A DNA stretch of 64,000 nucleotides from Pecten maximus (taxonomy: Eukaryota): positions 9,548,001 through 9,612,000 of the forward strand of contig NC_047018.1 of the NCBI RefSeq assembly GCF_902652985.1, written 5' to 3'. This document shows positions 53,701 through 64,000 of this stretch, one piece after another. Numbering within the stretch: the stretch's first letter is position 1; every line of letters begins with the position of its first letter. The position numbers and the translations under genes are program-made. Below the pieces are notes generated by a model. The model did no database searches. It worked only from the letters and a program-made list of their open reading frames with translations, and had not been told where the DNA came from.

Positions 53701-56700
53701 ATTGATTTGGAAAGTTGATGAGAAAGTTGATGAGAGCTCTGACTTGTTTCCTGACTATGTAATAGGATTTGGCTTGTTTTCAGTTAAAACAAGAGATTGA
53801 GAACCACAAGGGACATGTTAACTCTATATGTTTTGATGATGACGGTCAGAAACTTTACACAGCTGACAGTGTTGGTGATATCAAAGTCTGGAATGTGTAC
53901 GTGACGGAAAAAGTCAGCCAGAAAGGTTGGTTACTTTTTGTACATTTCAAACTTTGTCATTTTTCATTATGTCTTATTTCATTTTTCTTTATTTCTCATT
54001 TCATTTTTCGTTATGTTTCATGTCATTTTTCTTTATGTCATTTCATTTTTCATCATGTCTTGTTTTTCATTATGATCATATGAATTATTTTTAAAAGATT
54101 ATTCCTCCAAAACCTCTCCATTATATTGTAAGTTCTTGTGTATTCAGATCAATTCTGTTTGATGACATATGACTCCCCTCACTGATATGTATTGTTTGGA
54201 TTTAACAGGTCATTCTGGTAAGCCTCTGACCTCTAAGACTCGATCTTGTGGTCCATGTACTCCAACTTTCTTTGTAGATTAGGAATTAAAATGGAATGCT
54301 ATAGCCTGCAACATCTTATCACCATATATATATCTGGGATAGATTTTCACTACTAACACAGGAAACCTAACATCTTAATGCCACATATTCAATGGTATAC
54401 AAGCTACCAGAATAACTGATATGTACTCCACAGCTTCCTGGTATGTTTGTCTTTGTGTTCAGCGAAAATCGATATGTTAAACGTTGTGACTCTTTTTCTA
54501 TAGTTACTAATGATTAACGGTCTCCTCTTCTACTATATAGACTGACAGTAATTGATTTTTTAACGGATCTGTTTTCTTTTCAGTTGAAGAGAAATCCCAT
54601 TTACAAATCTAAAAATCTCGCATTATATATTTAACAAATTATACCCTACAAAATAGAGGATATAGAATGTTTCCTCTTGAATATCATTATGTTTAACAGA
54701 ATGCATCTAAATGATATTTAACGAGAAACTTTCCATTTTCTTTGATCATAATAAATATATCAAAATACATATATGTCAACACTTTTATAATATATCATTA
54801 TCTTTTTAATGTCAACAACACTGTTGTATGTTTGTAATATTTAAATGTTGACAACACCAAATCATAATGTCAAGAACACTATTGTATGTATGTAATATTC
54901 AAATGTCAACAACACTATAATAATGTCAACACTATATTGTATGTTTGTAATATTCAAATGTCAACAACACTATAATAATGTCAACACTATATTGTATGTT
55001 TGTAATATTCAAATGTCAACAACACCAAATCATAATGTCAACAACACTATATTATAATGTCAACAATACCATATTATAATGTCAACAACACTCTATTATA
55101 ATGTCAACAACACTATATCATAATGTCAACAACACTATATTTTTTAATATATAAATGTTGACAAATTAAACCCCTTTATGTGTCTGTTTCTTATGTCTGT
55201 TCTATATTATTTATTCAAAAGGACAAGTTAATGATGTCATAATCGCATGTCGTCATACTGTAATAAAAACGTGACGTCATAATATACATTATGTTCTCAA
55301 AACTGGCATATACACTCTGTATACCTGACCTGGAGGTGTTACTGTACTGCTTCTGTTTCAGGATTCCTGCGAGACTGGACACATTTCCAGGACCTTTCAG
55401 ATCCTGAAATGAAGGTAGATATGAAAATAAGTTAATCTCTGATATATCATAGCTATTCGTGTCCAGTACTTTTTTGGAAATAAATTTATCTCCGATATAC
55501 CATAGCTATACCGGTATATTTTTTTTATAAATGTAAAGAAAAGTGTGAATGATATATACTGAATTAGTTTAAGCCAATGCTTGTTATACACAGTAACACT
55601 ATTCACAATAGAATGTTTAACTACATGACAACTGACATCCTCTCCATTCCCTGAGATGTATAGCCCCCTGATTGATAAATATCACCAAATATAAAGGGTA
55701 CATTTCTTGGATGTCCCAATTTCATACTTTGGGTTAAATTTCACTGAACATACTGGGCCTTACTTCCCCCCGTATATCCCAGTATTAATCTACGATTTGT
55801 GTTACAGGATGTTCCCATCATACAGGCCTTTATCTCCCCCCATATATCCCAGTATTAATCTACGATTTGTGTTACAGGATGTTCCCATCATACAGGCCTT
55901 TATCTCCCCCCGTATATCCCAGTATTAATCTACGATTTGTGTTACAGGATGTTCCCATCATACAGGCCTTTTACCTCCCCCGTATATCCCAGTATTAATC
56001 TACGATTTGTGTTACAGGATGTTCCCATCATACAGGCCTTTTACCTCCCCCGTATATCCCAGTATTAATCTACGATTTGTGTTACAGGATGTTCCCATCA
56101 TACAGGCCTTTACTTCCCCCGTATATCCCAGTATTAATCTACGATTTGTGTTACAGGATGTTCCCATCATACAGGCCTTTTACCTCCCCCGTATATCCCA
56201 GTATTAATCTACGATTTGTGTTACAGGATGTTCCCATCATACAGGCCTTTTACCTCCCCCGTATATCCCAGTATTAATCTACGATTTGTGTTACAGGATG
56301 TTCCCATCATACAGGTCTTTACCTCCCCCCCGTATATCCCAGTATTAATCTACGATTTGTGTTACAGGATGTTCCCATCATACAGGCCTTTTACCTCCCC
56401 CGTATATCCCAGTATTAATCTACGATTTGTGTTACAGGATGTTCCCATCATACAGGTCTTTACCTCCCCCCGTATATCCCAGTATTAATCTACGATTTGT
56501 GTTACAGGATGTTCCCATCATACAGGCCTTTACCTCCCCCCGTATATCCCAGTATTAATCTACGATTTGTGTTACAGGATGTTCCCATCATACAGGCCTT
56601 TTACCTCCCCCGTATATCCCAGTATTAATCTACGATTTGTGTTACAGGATGTTCCCATCATACAGGTCTTTACCCCCCCCCCGTATATCCCAGTATTAAT

Positions 56701-59700
56701 CTACGATTTGTGTTACAGGATGTTCCCATCATACAGGTCTTTACCTCCCCCCCGTATATCCCAGTATTAATCTACGATTTGTGTTACAGGATGTTCCCAT
56801 CATACAGGCCTTTTACCTCCCCCGTATATCCCAGTATTAATCTACGATTTGTGTTACAGGATGTTCCCATCATACAGGCCTTTACTTCCCCCGTATATCC
56901 CAGTATTAATCTACGATTTGTGTTACAGGATGTTCCCATCATACAGGTCTTTACCTCCCCCCCGTATATCCCAGTATTAATCTACGATTTGTGTTACAGG
57001 ATGTTCCCATCATACAGGCCTTTTACCTCCCCCGTATATCCCAGTATTAATCTACGATTTGTGTTACAGGATGTTCCCATCATACAGGCCTTTTACCTCC
57101 CCCGTATATCCCAGTATTAATCTACGATTTGTGTTACAGGATGTTCCCATCATACAGGTCTTTACCTCCCCCCGTATATCCCAGTATTAATCTACGATTT
57201 GTGTTACAGGATGTTCCCATCATACAGGTCTTTACCTCCCCCCGTATATCCCAGTATTAATCTACGATTTGTGTTACAGGATGTTCCCATCATACAGGTC
57301 TTTACCTCCCCCCGTATATCCCAGTATTAATCTACGATTTGTGTTACAGGATGTTCCCATCATACAGGTCTTTACCTCCCCCCGTATATCCCAGTATTAA
57401 TCTACGATTTGTGTTACAGGATGTTCCCATCATACAGGCCTTTACCTCCCCCCGTATATCCCAGTATTAATCTACGATTTGTGTTACAGGATGTTCCCAT
57501 CATACAGGTCTTTACCTCCCCCGTATATCCCAGTATTAATCTACGATTTGTGTTACAGGATGTTCCCATCATACAGGCCTTTACTTCCCCCGTATATCCC
57601 AGTATTAATCTACGATTTGTGTTACAGGATGTTCCCATCATACAGGCCTTTACTTCCCCCGTATATCCCAGTATTAATCTACGATTTGTGTTACAGGATG
57701 TTCCCATCATACAGGCCTTTACCTCCCCCGTATATCCCAGTATTAATCTACGATTTGTGTTACAGGATGTTCCCATCATACAGGCCTTTACTTCCCCCGT
57801 ATATCCCAGTATTAATCTACGATTTGTGTTACAGGATGTTCCCATCATACAGGCCTTTACTTCCCCCGTATATCCCAGTATTAATCTACGATTTGTGTTA
57901 CAGGATGTTCCCATCATACAGGCCTTTACTTCCCCCGTATATCCCAGTATTAATCTACGATTTGTGTTACAGGATGTTCCCATCATACAGGTCTTTACCT
58001 CCCCCCGTATATCCCAGTATTAATCTACGATTTGTGTTACAGGATGTTCCCATCATACAGGCCTTTACTTCCCCCTGTATATCCCAGTATTAATCTACGA
58101 TTTGTGTTACAGGATGTTCCCATCATACAGGCCTTTACCTCCCCCGTATATCCCAGTATTAATCTACGATTTGTGTTACAGGATGTTCCCATCATACAGG
58201 CCTTTACCTCCCCCGTATATCCCAGTATTAATCTACGATTTGTGTTACAGGATGTTCCCATCATACAGGCCTTTACTCCCCCGTATATCCCAGTATTAAT
58301 CTACGATTTGTGTTACAGGATGTTCCCATCATACAGGTCTTTACCTCCCCCCGTATATCCCAGTATTAATCTACGATTTGTGTTACAGGATGTTCCCATC
58401 ATACAGGCCTTTACTTCCCCCGTATATCCCAGTATTAATCTACGATTTGTGTTACAGGATGTTCCCATCATACAGGCCTTTTACCTCCCCCCGTATATCC
58501 CAGTATTAATCTACGATTTGTGTTACAGGATGTTCCCATCAACTATATCCAGCTCCACCACAGTGGGCGTCGCCTCCTGGTACATTGTCGCGACAACATC
58601 ATCAGGATGATTGACCTACGCATGTATGTATCTTGTTTGTTGTATTTGATAATGAGATACAGATATCACTACAGAATGTCAAACATATTGATATTTTAGC
58701 CCATCATCAGATGGTGGGCTATTCAAATTGACCTGCGTCTGTCGTCTGTCTTCTGCCACCCTATTCCATCTGTTGTTAGTCTGTCAATAAACAATCCTTG
58801 TTACCTCTATTTCTTAAAAAGTACCAAAGGGATTTTTCTCAAACTTCACATGTAGGTTCTACTTGTCCTTTGAAATCAGTTTATTAAGAAAGAAGAAAGA
58901 AGGGAAAAGTAGAGAGAAGATCAGTCTTTCAGAATCAATAAAGATAATTCAATGGTTGGCATCACGTTCACACTGGGAAGTCTTGTACTTTTTTTATTAC
59001 TGTTCTTTGCCAGGGGGGTGTTTTATACCGTGTGTACATATATTTTGATTATTGTGTTGTTACTATTTTGATGATATATTTTGTTTTCACTATCTATTAA
59101 TTTATTGTGACCCGTCATTGTGATGTTGATGACCTGTTTATTTCAAAGACAACGGGTGATGCAGAAGTACATTGGAGCATTGAACTTTCGGGAACAGATT
59201 CGGAGTACTATCACACCGTGTGGATCCTTTGTGTTCTCTGGAAGTGAAGATAACTACGCATATGCTTGGAACACAGACACTGGTTAGTCAGCCATTATCA
59301 ACATGCTGCTAACACATTAACTTACAGTTTTCTTGATAGAACTCATCTTTAAGTAACAAATGATGTAAATCATACCTTTATGTACATCTTCAAAGAAAAA
59401 ACAAACCAATTTAATTATTAAGATTATATAAAGTTTATTCCATTCTATCATTATTTGCTTCCTTTCTCAAACCGATTTCCATAATTTGTGATTCATAATT
59501 TGAATCTTACTTATCATACTGACTTGTGATGTAGCTGCCCAGCCCTCAGAGTAATTAGAGTATTACTTTGTGTTACAGGGGACCAAGTGGCTATGTACTC
59601 TGAGCTGAACTACCGTCACCCTGTGACAGACATCGACTACCATCCCCGTGACCACATGTTCGCCACGTGTTCTCTAGGGGACAACCAGGCCATTATAGTA

Positions 59701-62700
59701 TATGACTATGATCCACATGGTGAGTCACAATCAAGATGACCAGTAATAAGATAATTTATGTTGCGGTGATAGTATCAAGTTTATGTGTAGAATTGCTTTC
59801 ACTCTCTGCTTATTGTGTGGTAGCCAGAATGGTCCTCAGTCCTTTGGAAGTGTAAGTAGATATCACAGTCTATAAAATCTTAACTTAAACAGCAGCATAC
59901 GTCTGAGATGCTGTTTCATTATTCTCCATTCAGGTATGAGAAGTAAACAAAAGAAGTGTGCAAAGGAAATCAAATTTTTCGTATTATTTAGCTGTGCCCT
60001 CTCTAGCTGTCTGATGTTTTAGTGAAAAGCTGTGTTGAACAAGATGTTTAAATCCCTTTTTCTTCCTAATCAAGTTGCCCAGATGGATGCAGGACTAACC
60101 CCGAGACAGATCATACCAGATCCTAAAGAGGAACTAGACACCATGCCAGTCTCTACCATGGCGTAAGTATAGGAGCTGTTGTATATAAACTGTAATTACT
60201 GTTGTCATGACCTACTGATATAATGAAAAGTCGGCCATCGTTATATACTGATATGTGTGTTAGAGAGTCGGCCATCGTTATATACTGATACGTGTGTTGG
60301 AGAGTCGGCCATCGTTATATACTGATACGTGTGTTAGGTTGTTTGATACCTACTTGTATGATAAAGAGACGGCCATCGTTATATACCGATACGTGTGTTG
60401 GAGAGTCGGCCATCGTTATATACTGATACGTGTGTTAGAGAGTCGGCCATCGTTATATACTGATACGTGTGTTAGAGAGTCGGCCATCATTATATACTGA
60501 TACGTGTGTTAGAGAGTCGGCCATCGTTATATACTGATACGTGTGTTAGGTTGTTTGATACCTACTTGTATGATAAAGAGTCGATCATCGTTATATACCG
60601 ATACATGTTTATATACTGATACGTATGTTTATATACTGATACGTGTGTTATTTTGATTGAAACAGCACCACCAGGCAAGATGAAACACTTATGTCTTCCA
60701 ATGTCCTGAATAAAGATCAGTTTGAGGCCCACAGCACGGCCAGGCTACAGAAAGTGATGAAAAAACTCAATGCTGCAACGGTAGTATAATATTGACATCT
60801 CTACTCTGGTTATGTTTTATATATATGCTTCTATATAAAATACTGCAGTCAGGGGTATTAAATTAGACTTTTGTATACAATCCTGGTTAGTTTAGTAAAG
60901 GAGGTATTTAATTAGACTTATGTATACAATCCTGGTTAGTTTAGTATGGGAGGTATTTAATTAGACTTTTGTATACAATCCTGGTTAGTTTAGTAAAGGA
61001 GGTATTAAATTAAACTTATGTATACAATCCTGGTTAGTTTAGTGTGGGGGGTATTTAATTAGACTTTTGTGTACAATCCTAGTTAGTTTCGTGCGGGAGG
61101 TATTAAATTAGACTTTTGTGTACAATCCTGGCTAGTTTCGTGCGGGAGGTATTAAATTAAACTTATGTATACAATCCTGGTTAGTTTAGTATGGGAGGTA
61201 TTAATTTAGACTTTTGTGAACAATCCTGGTTAGTTTGGTGTGGGAGGTATTTAATTAGACTTTAGTGTACAATCCGGGTTAGTTTCGTGTGGGAGGTATT
61301 TAATTAGACTTTAGTGTACAATCCTGGTTAGTTTAGAGTGGGAGGTATTTAATTAGACTTTTGTGTACAATCCGGGTTCGTTTAGAGTGGGAGGTATTTA
61401 ATTAGACTTTTGTGTACAATCCGGGTTCGTTTAGAGTGGGAGGTATTTAATTAGACTTTTGTATACAATCTCGGTTAGTTTAGAGTGGGAGGTATTTAAT
61501 TAGACTTTAGTGTACAATCCTGGTTAGTTTAGAGTGGGAGGTATTTAATTAGACTTTTGTGTACAATCCGGGTTCGTTTAGAGTGGGAGGTATTTAATTA
61601 GACTTTTGTGTACAATCCGGGTTCGTTTAGAGTGGGAGGTATTTAATTAGACTTTTGTATACAATCTCGGTTAGTTTAGAGTGGGAGGTATTTAATTAGA
61701 CTTTTGTGTACAATCCGGGTTCGTTTAGAGTGGGAGGTATTTAATTAGACTTTTGTATACAATCCGGGTTAGTTTAGTATGGGAGGTATTTAATTAGACT
61801 TATGTATACAATCCCGGCTAGTTTAGTATGGGAGGTATAAATTTAGACTTTTGTGAACAATCCTGGTTAGTTTAGTATGGGAGGTATTTAATTAGACTTA
61901 TGTATACAATCCTGGTTAGTTTAGTATGGGAGGTATTTAATTAGACTTTTGTGAACAATCCTGGTTAGTTTCGTGTGGGAGGTATTTAATTAGACTTTAG
62001 TGTACAATCCTGGTTAGTTTAGTATGGGAGGTATTTAATTAGACTTTTGTGAACAATCCTGGTTAGTTTAGTATGGGAGGTATTTAATTAGACTTATGTA
62101 TACAATCCTGGTTAGTTTAGTGTGGGAGGTATTTAATTAGACTTTTGTGTACAATCCCGGTTAGTTTCGTGCGGGAGGTATTTAATTAGACTTTAGTGTA
62201 CAATCCTGGTTAGTTTAGTGTGGGAGGTATTTAATTAGACTTTTGTGTACAATCCCGTTTAGTTTAGTATGGGAGGTATTTAATTAGACTTTTGTGTACA
62301 ATCCCGGTTAGTTTCGTGCGGGAGGTATTTAATTAGACTTTTGTGTACAATCCCGGTTAGTTTCGTGCGGGAGGTATTTAATTAGACTTTTGTGTACAAT
62401 CCCTGTTAGTTTCGTGCGGGAGGTATTTAATTAGACTTTTGTGTACAATCCCTGTTAGTTTCGTACGGGAGGTATTTAATTAGACTTTTGTGTACAATCC
62501 CTGTTAGTTTCGTGCGGGAGGTATTTAATTAGACTTTTGTGTACAATCCCTGTTAGTTTCGTACGGGAGGTATTATTTGTTGTCTCTATTTCAGTCCCAG
62601 ATGATGTCCGGACCCTTGGATCTCCCTGGAGTGCCGGTCTCCTCGCCACGACTAGCACACACAGGATTCCTTTCCCTTGACCAGACTATGACACCTAGGA

Positions 62701-63516
62701 CTCTGGTAGGTTAACTTTTTCAATCTATTCCTTTATCTGAATTACACCTAAAAATATATTACTTAATGATGATCTATTTCTTACCTTTAAATCATTCAAA
62801 CCTGTTCAATATAATTTGAATAAAAACCTGTATCACCCTGTCTATCTTTGGCTAGCCTGCCCCTCCAGTAACAATAATCAGTTTGTTGTAGTATACAATA
62901 TATAACATATAAGTGTACCCTTGATTGTCTATCCCAGACTACTGGTCCCCAGGCATTCAGTCCACATGCACCCCGGACAATGACCAGCGTCATGCAGCAA
63001 CAACAATTTAGCTCGCAGAAAATGTACATGAAATCATCAGATTCAGATTGGCGACCTGGCTTCCATGAAGGTAAAACTTGTCCACATGCTTTTATGTAAT
63101 ACTGTGAACAGTTATAATGTAACAATGAAGAAGACCTGTTTGCAGATTATAAATTACACAGTAATATTACATTAGTACACTGTCACAAAATTTTTCCTTT
63201 TTTTATAATTCTTAATTACTGAAAAAAATAAACTGATTTTGAACATTGAGAAGAAAATTAATTACCATTATAAATTATAACCTTACTTTTGGATGTGATT
63301 GGACACATCAGTATGTATGTGTTTCTTAATGGAAAATTTTACTTTCGAGTTATAATTATAAAGCAATGTCAATACAGTAAAGACATTCATGTATTTCATA
63401 TATGTTTTGTATTGAATTCTTGTAAATATCACCCATACTTTATTTAAGTTGGACGCTCTGGAGCCAGGAGTTCTAGTCCGACATTCATTGGAAGACCTCC
63501 TCAGATAGCTCTAACG
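32739..63516 (+). CDS. AHI1: Jouberin (Abelson helper integration site 1), spliced, 3' end (SH3 region) beyond the window
   Basis: Exons: 32739-32751, 33229-33318, 33960-34023, 34285-34336, 35691-35823, 35939-36005, 36335-36920, 37173-37248, 37845-38028, 38209-38304, 38625-38718, 39025-39120, 39513-39611, 41851-41976, 43759-43817, [44534-44542], 49841-49975, 51422-51476, 51681-51796, 53423-53588, 53784-53925, 55362-55414, 58529-58623, 59149-59282, 59579-59719, 60075-60162, 60666-60780, 62595-62705, 62938-63070, 63449-63516; 1132 codons in frame. AHI1 motifs '[10 protein letters not shown]...HPMVRVHIV', '[10 protein letters not shown]', '[11 protein letters not shown]', 'YPSTLYVT', '[13 protein letters not shown]'; WD40s '[11 protein letters not shown]', '[14 protein letters not shown]', '[13 protein letters not shown]'. 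The first few exons are less certain. Confidence 0.95.
38320..38590. repeat. Degenerate tandem repeat, ~30-bp unit
   Basis: tgataaactccatatcagctgaacactct-like units, ~9 copies. Confidence 0.75.
39680..40870. repeat. Minisatellite, 12-bp unit with 8-bp variants
   Basis: (tgtacatgtgtc)n. Confidence 0.95.
42372..43660. repeat. Tandem repeat, 31-bp unit, ~41 copies
   Basis: Unit gtgtgacagagggttaacttattgttacatt with variants. Confidence 0.95.
44258..44465. repeat. Tandem repeat, ~51-bp unit, ~4 copies
   Basis: attccatttttgtgtgtaccataagacaatatggtcgaggtaaaagcttga repeated. Confidence 0.85.
44534..44542 (+). other. Candidate 9-nt AHI1 microexon
   Basis: ctctgctttttatttcctcag|GAGAAAGAG|gtaggt; frame-neutral in a phase-2 intron. 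Confidence 0.6.
45675..46020. repeat. Tandem repeat, 57-bp unit, ~6 copies
   Basis: Unit tttctatgtagaagttatatagacctattactgtatggtattacaaatgatgacaca. Confidence 0.9.
46265..47520. mobile_element. Degenerate AGGTCA-rich bivalve repeat element (CvA/HINE-like)
   Basis: GTCT/GTCC microsatellite near 46290 followed by diverged internal repeats rich in CAAGGTCAAGGTCA. Confidence 0.55.
47628..47756. mobile_element. Decayed 3' end of the same MITE family as 14084-14597
   Basis: 'agagaatttggctgggactgacgaagta...gagttaagcggggtattcaagtttt...ctactgta' aligns by eye to ~14470-14599. Confidence 0.8.
47765..48545. repeat. Tandem repeat, 35-39-bp unit, ~21 copies
   Basis: tatcatgttataaaaagtgtagattt followed by either ttgacagtg or gtatctttgtatgg. 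Confidence 0.9.
48763..49412. repeat. Tandem repeat, 28-bp unit with an internal palindrome, ~23 copies
   Basis: Unit ataaatctggccttaggccatgtgacct; palindrome TGGCCT(T/A)AGGCCA. Confidence 0.95.
50250..51290. repeat. Tandem repeat, 64-bp unit, ~16 copies
   Basis: Unit aattcagtgtggtaagtactatataccgaggtttacagtagactgaacactgtacatgtactct. Confidence 0.95.
51826..52650. repeat. Minisatellite, 14-bp unit with CAGGTGAC core, ~58 copies
   Basis: caggtgacatacaa and caggtgacacacga variants largely alternating. Confidence 0.95.
54770..55165. repeat. Degenerate tandem repeat, ~22-bp core
   Basis: ataatgtcaacaacactatatt-like units. Confidence 0.75.
55755..58541 (+). repeat. Tandem repeat, 69-71-bp unit, ~40 copies, each containing an AHI1 3' splice site and exon start
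   Basis: Unit cgtatatcccagtattaatctacgatttgtgttacag|gatgttcccatca-tacagg(c/t)ctttacctcccc; only the last copy continues into the exon ([17 protein letters not shown]). Confidence 0.95.
58693..58870. mobile_element. Truncated Helentron/HINE-like element
   Basis: ttttagcccatcatcagatggtgggcta hairpin, then a GTC(T) microsatellite and 'aaacttcacatgtaggtt'. Confidence 0.55.
60225..60650. repeat. Tandem repeat, 37-bp unit with variants
   Basis: Unit gagtcggccatcgttatatactgatacgtgtgttaga; ends just before the acceptor at 60665. Confidence 0.9.
60850..62573. repeat. Tandem repeat, 49-bp unit, ~35 copies
   Basis: Unit ggtatttaattagacttttgtgtacaatcctggttagtttagtatggga; ends about 20 nt before the acceptor at 62594. 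Confidence 0.95.
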
Positions 63517-64000
63517 GTAGGTTCAGTTGTCTCCCTTTAATCCAAAGAAACTGCGCAAAAATTTTACAGCTCTCCACTAAATGTGTAGCCCATGCAATAG
63601 CTAGTACTCAACATCATTTGGCTTCTAATGATTAGTAGGTATCTCATTTAACATTACATATAATATACAATCATAATTATAGCTTATTGGTTTTAAGGAA
63701 TAAATATTAGTTGAGAAACTTCTTTTAAATTCTGGTATGCTTTCCTATGGGGAATTTAAGGCCAAGTAATATTGCTAAAACTGGGTCCCTGGGCATGTTA
63801 GTGTCCTCAACATTCCAGTATTAGGTTCAGAAGCCTAACTACAGAGTTTAATCAGAACAAGAATGATTACAATATTTGAAAATTTCTGATTCTTTGAATT
63901 TAGGCATTTGAAAGTATTTTTATTTCAGTTATTCTGGTCTATGGGTTAATTTCCTATATCATTAATACAGGTAAATGGTCTTTGTAGTTCTTGTTATCAT

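Noticed and set aside
55707-58500. DVPIIQ/CYRMFP ORFs as a repeat protein or a mutually exclusive exon cluster
   Set aside because: Units contain only 13 nt of the exon and lack strong donors; frame shifts with C-run length.

Overview
AT-rich animal genomic DNA with spliced genes; the repeat content resembles a bivalve mollusc such as a scallop (inference). It is not prokaryotic. I assembled three intron-rich genes by hand with consistent splice phases. (1) METTL4 (MT-A70-family N6-adenine methyltransferase, DPPW motif), minus strand, running off the left edge. (2) A complete IFT74 (intraflagellar transport 74), minus strand, 23 coding exons, 597 aa. (3) AHI1/Jouberin (C2-like region plus WD40), plus strand, running off the right edge. 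IFT74 and AHI1 are both ciliary genes and lie head-to-head with start codons about 3 kb apart. Many introns carry their own private tandem repeat (12-70 bp units), which produces most of the long spurious ORFs in the track. Notable splicing features: a U12 (minor spliceosome) last intron and an intron-split ATG in IFT74, a probable GC-AG intron in METTL4, a 9-nt candidate microexon in AHI1, and several repeats that have multiplied real splice sites (about 40 copies of one AHI1 acceptor). A ~125-bp MITE with 10-bp target-site duplications has inserted twice in the METTL4 5' region. I found no convincing new protein-coding system; the novelty is in gene arrangement, splicing and mobile/repeat structure. 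Coordinates were read by eye and repeat boundaries are approximate.
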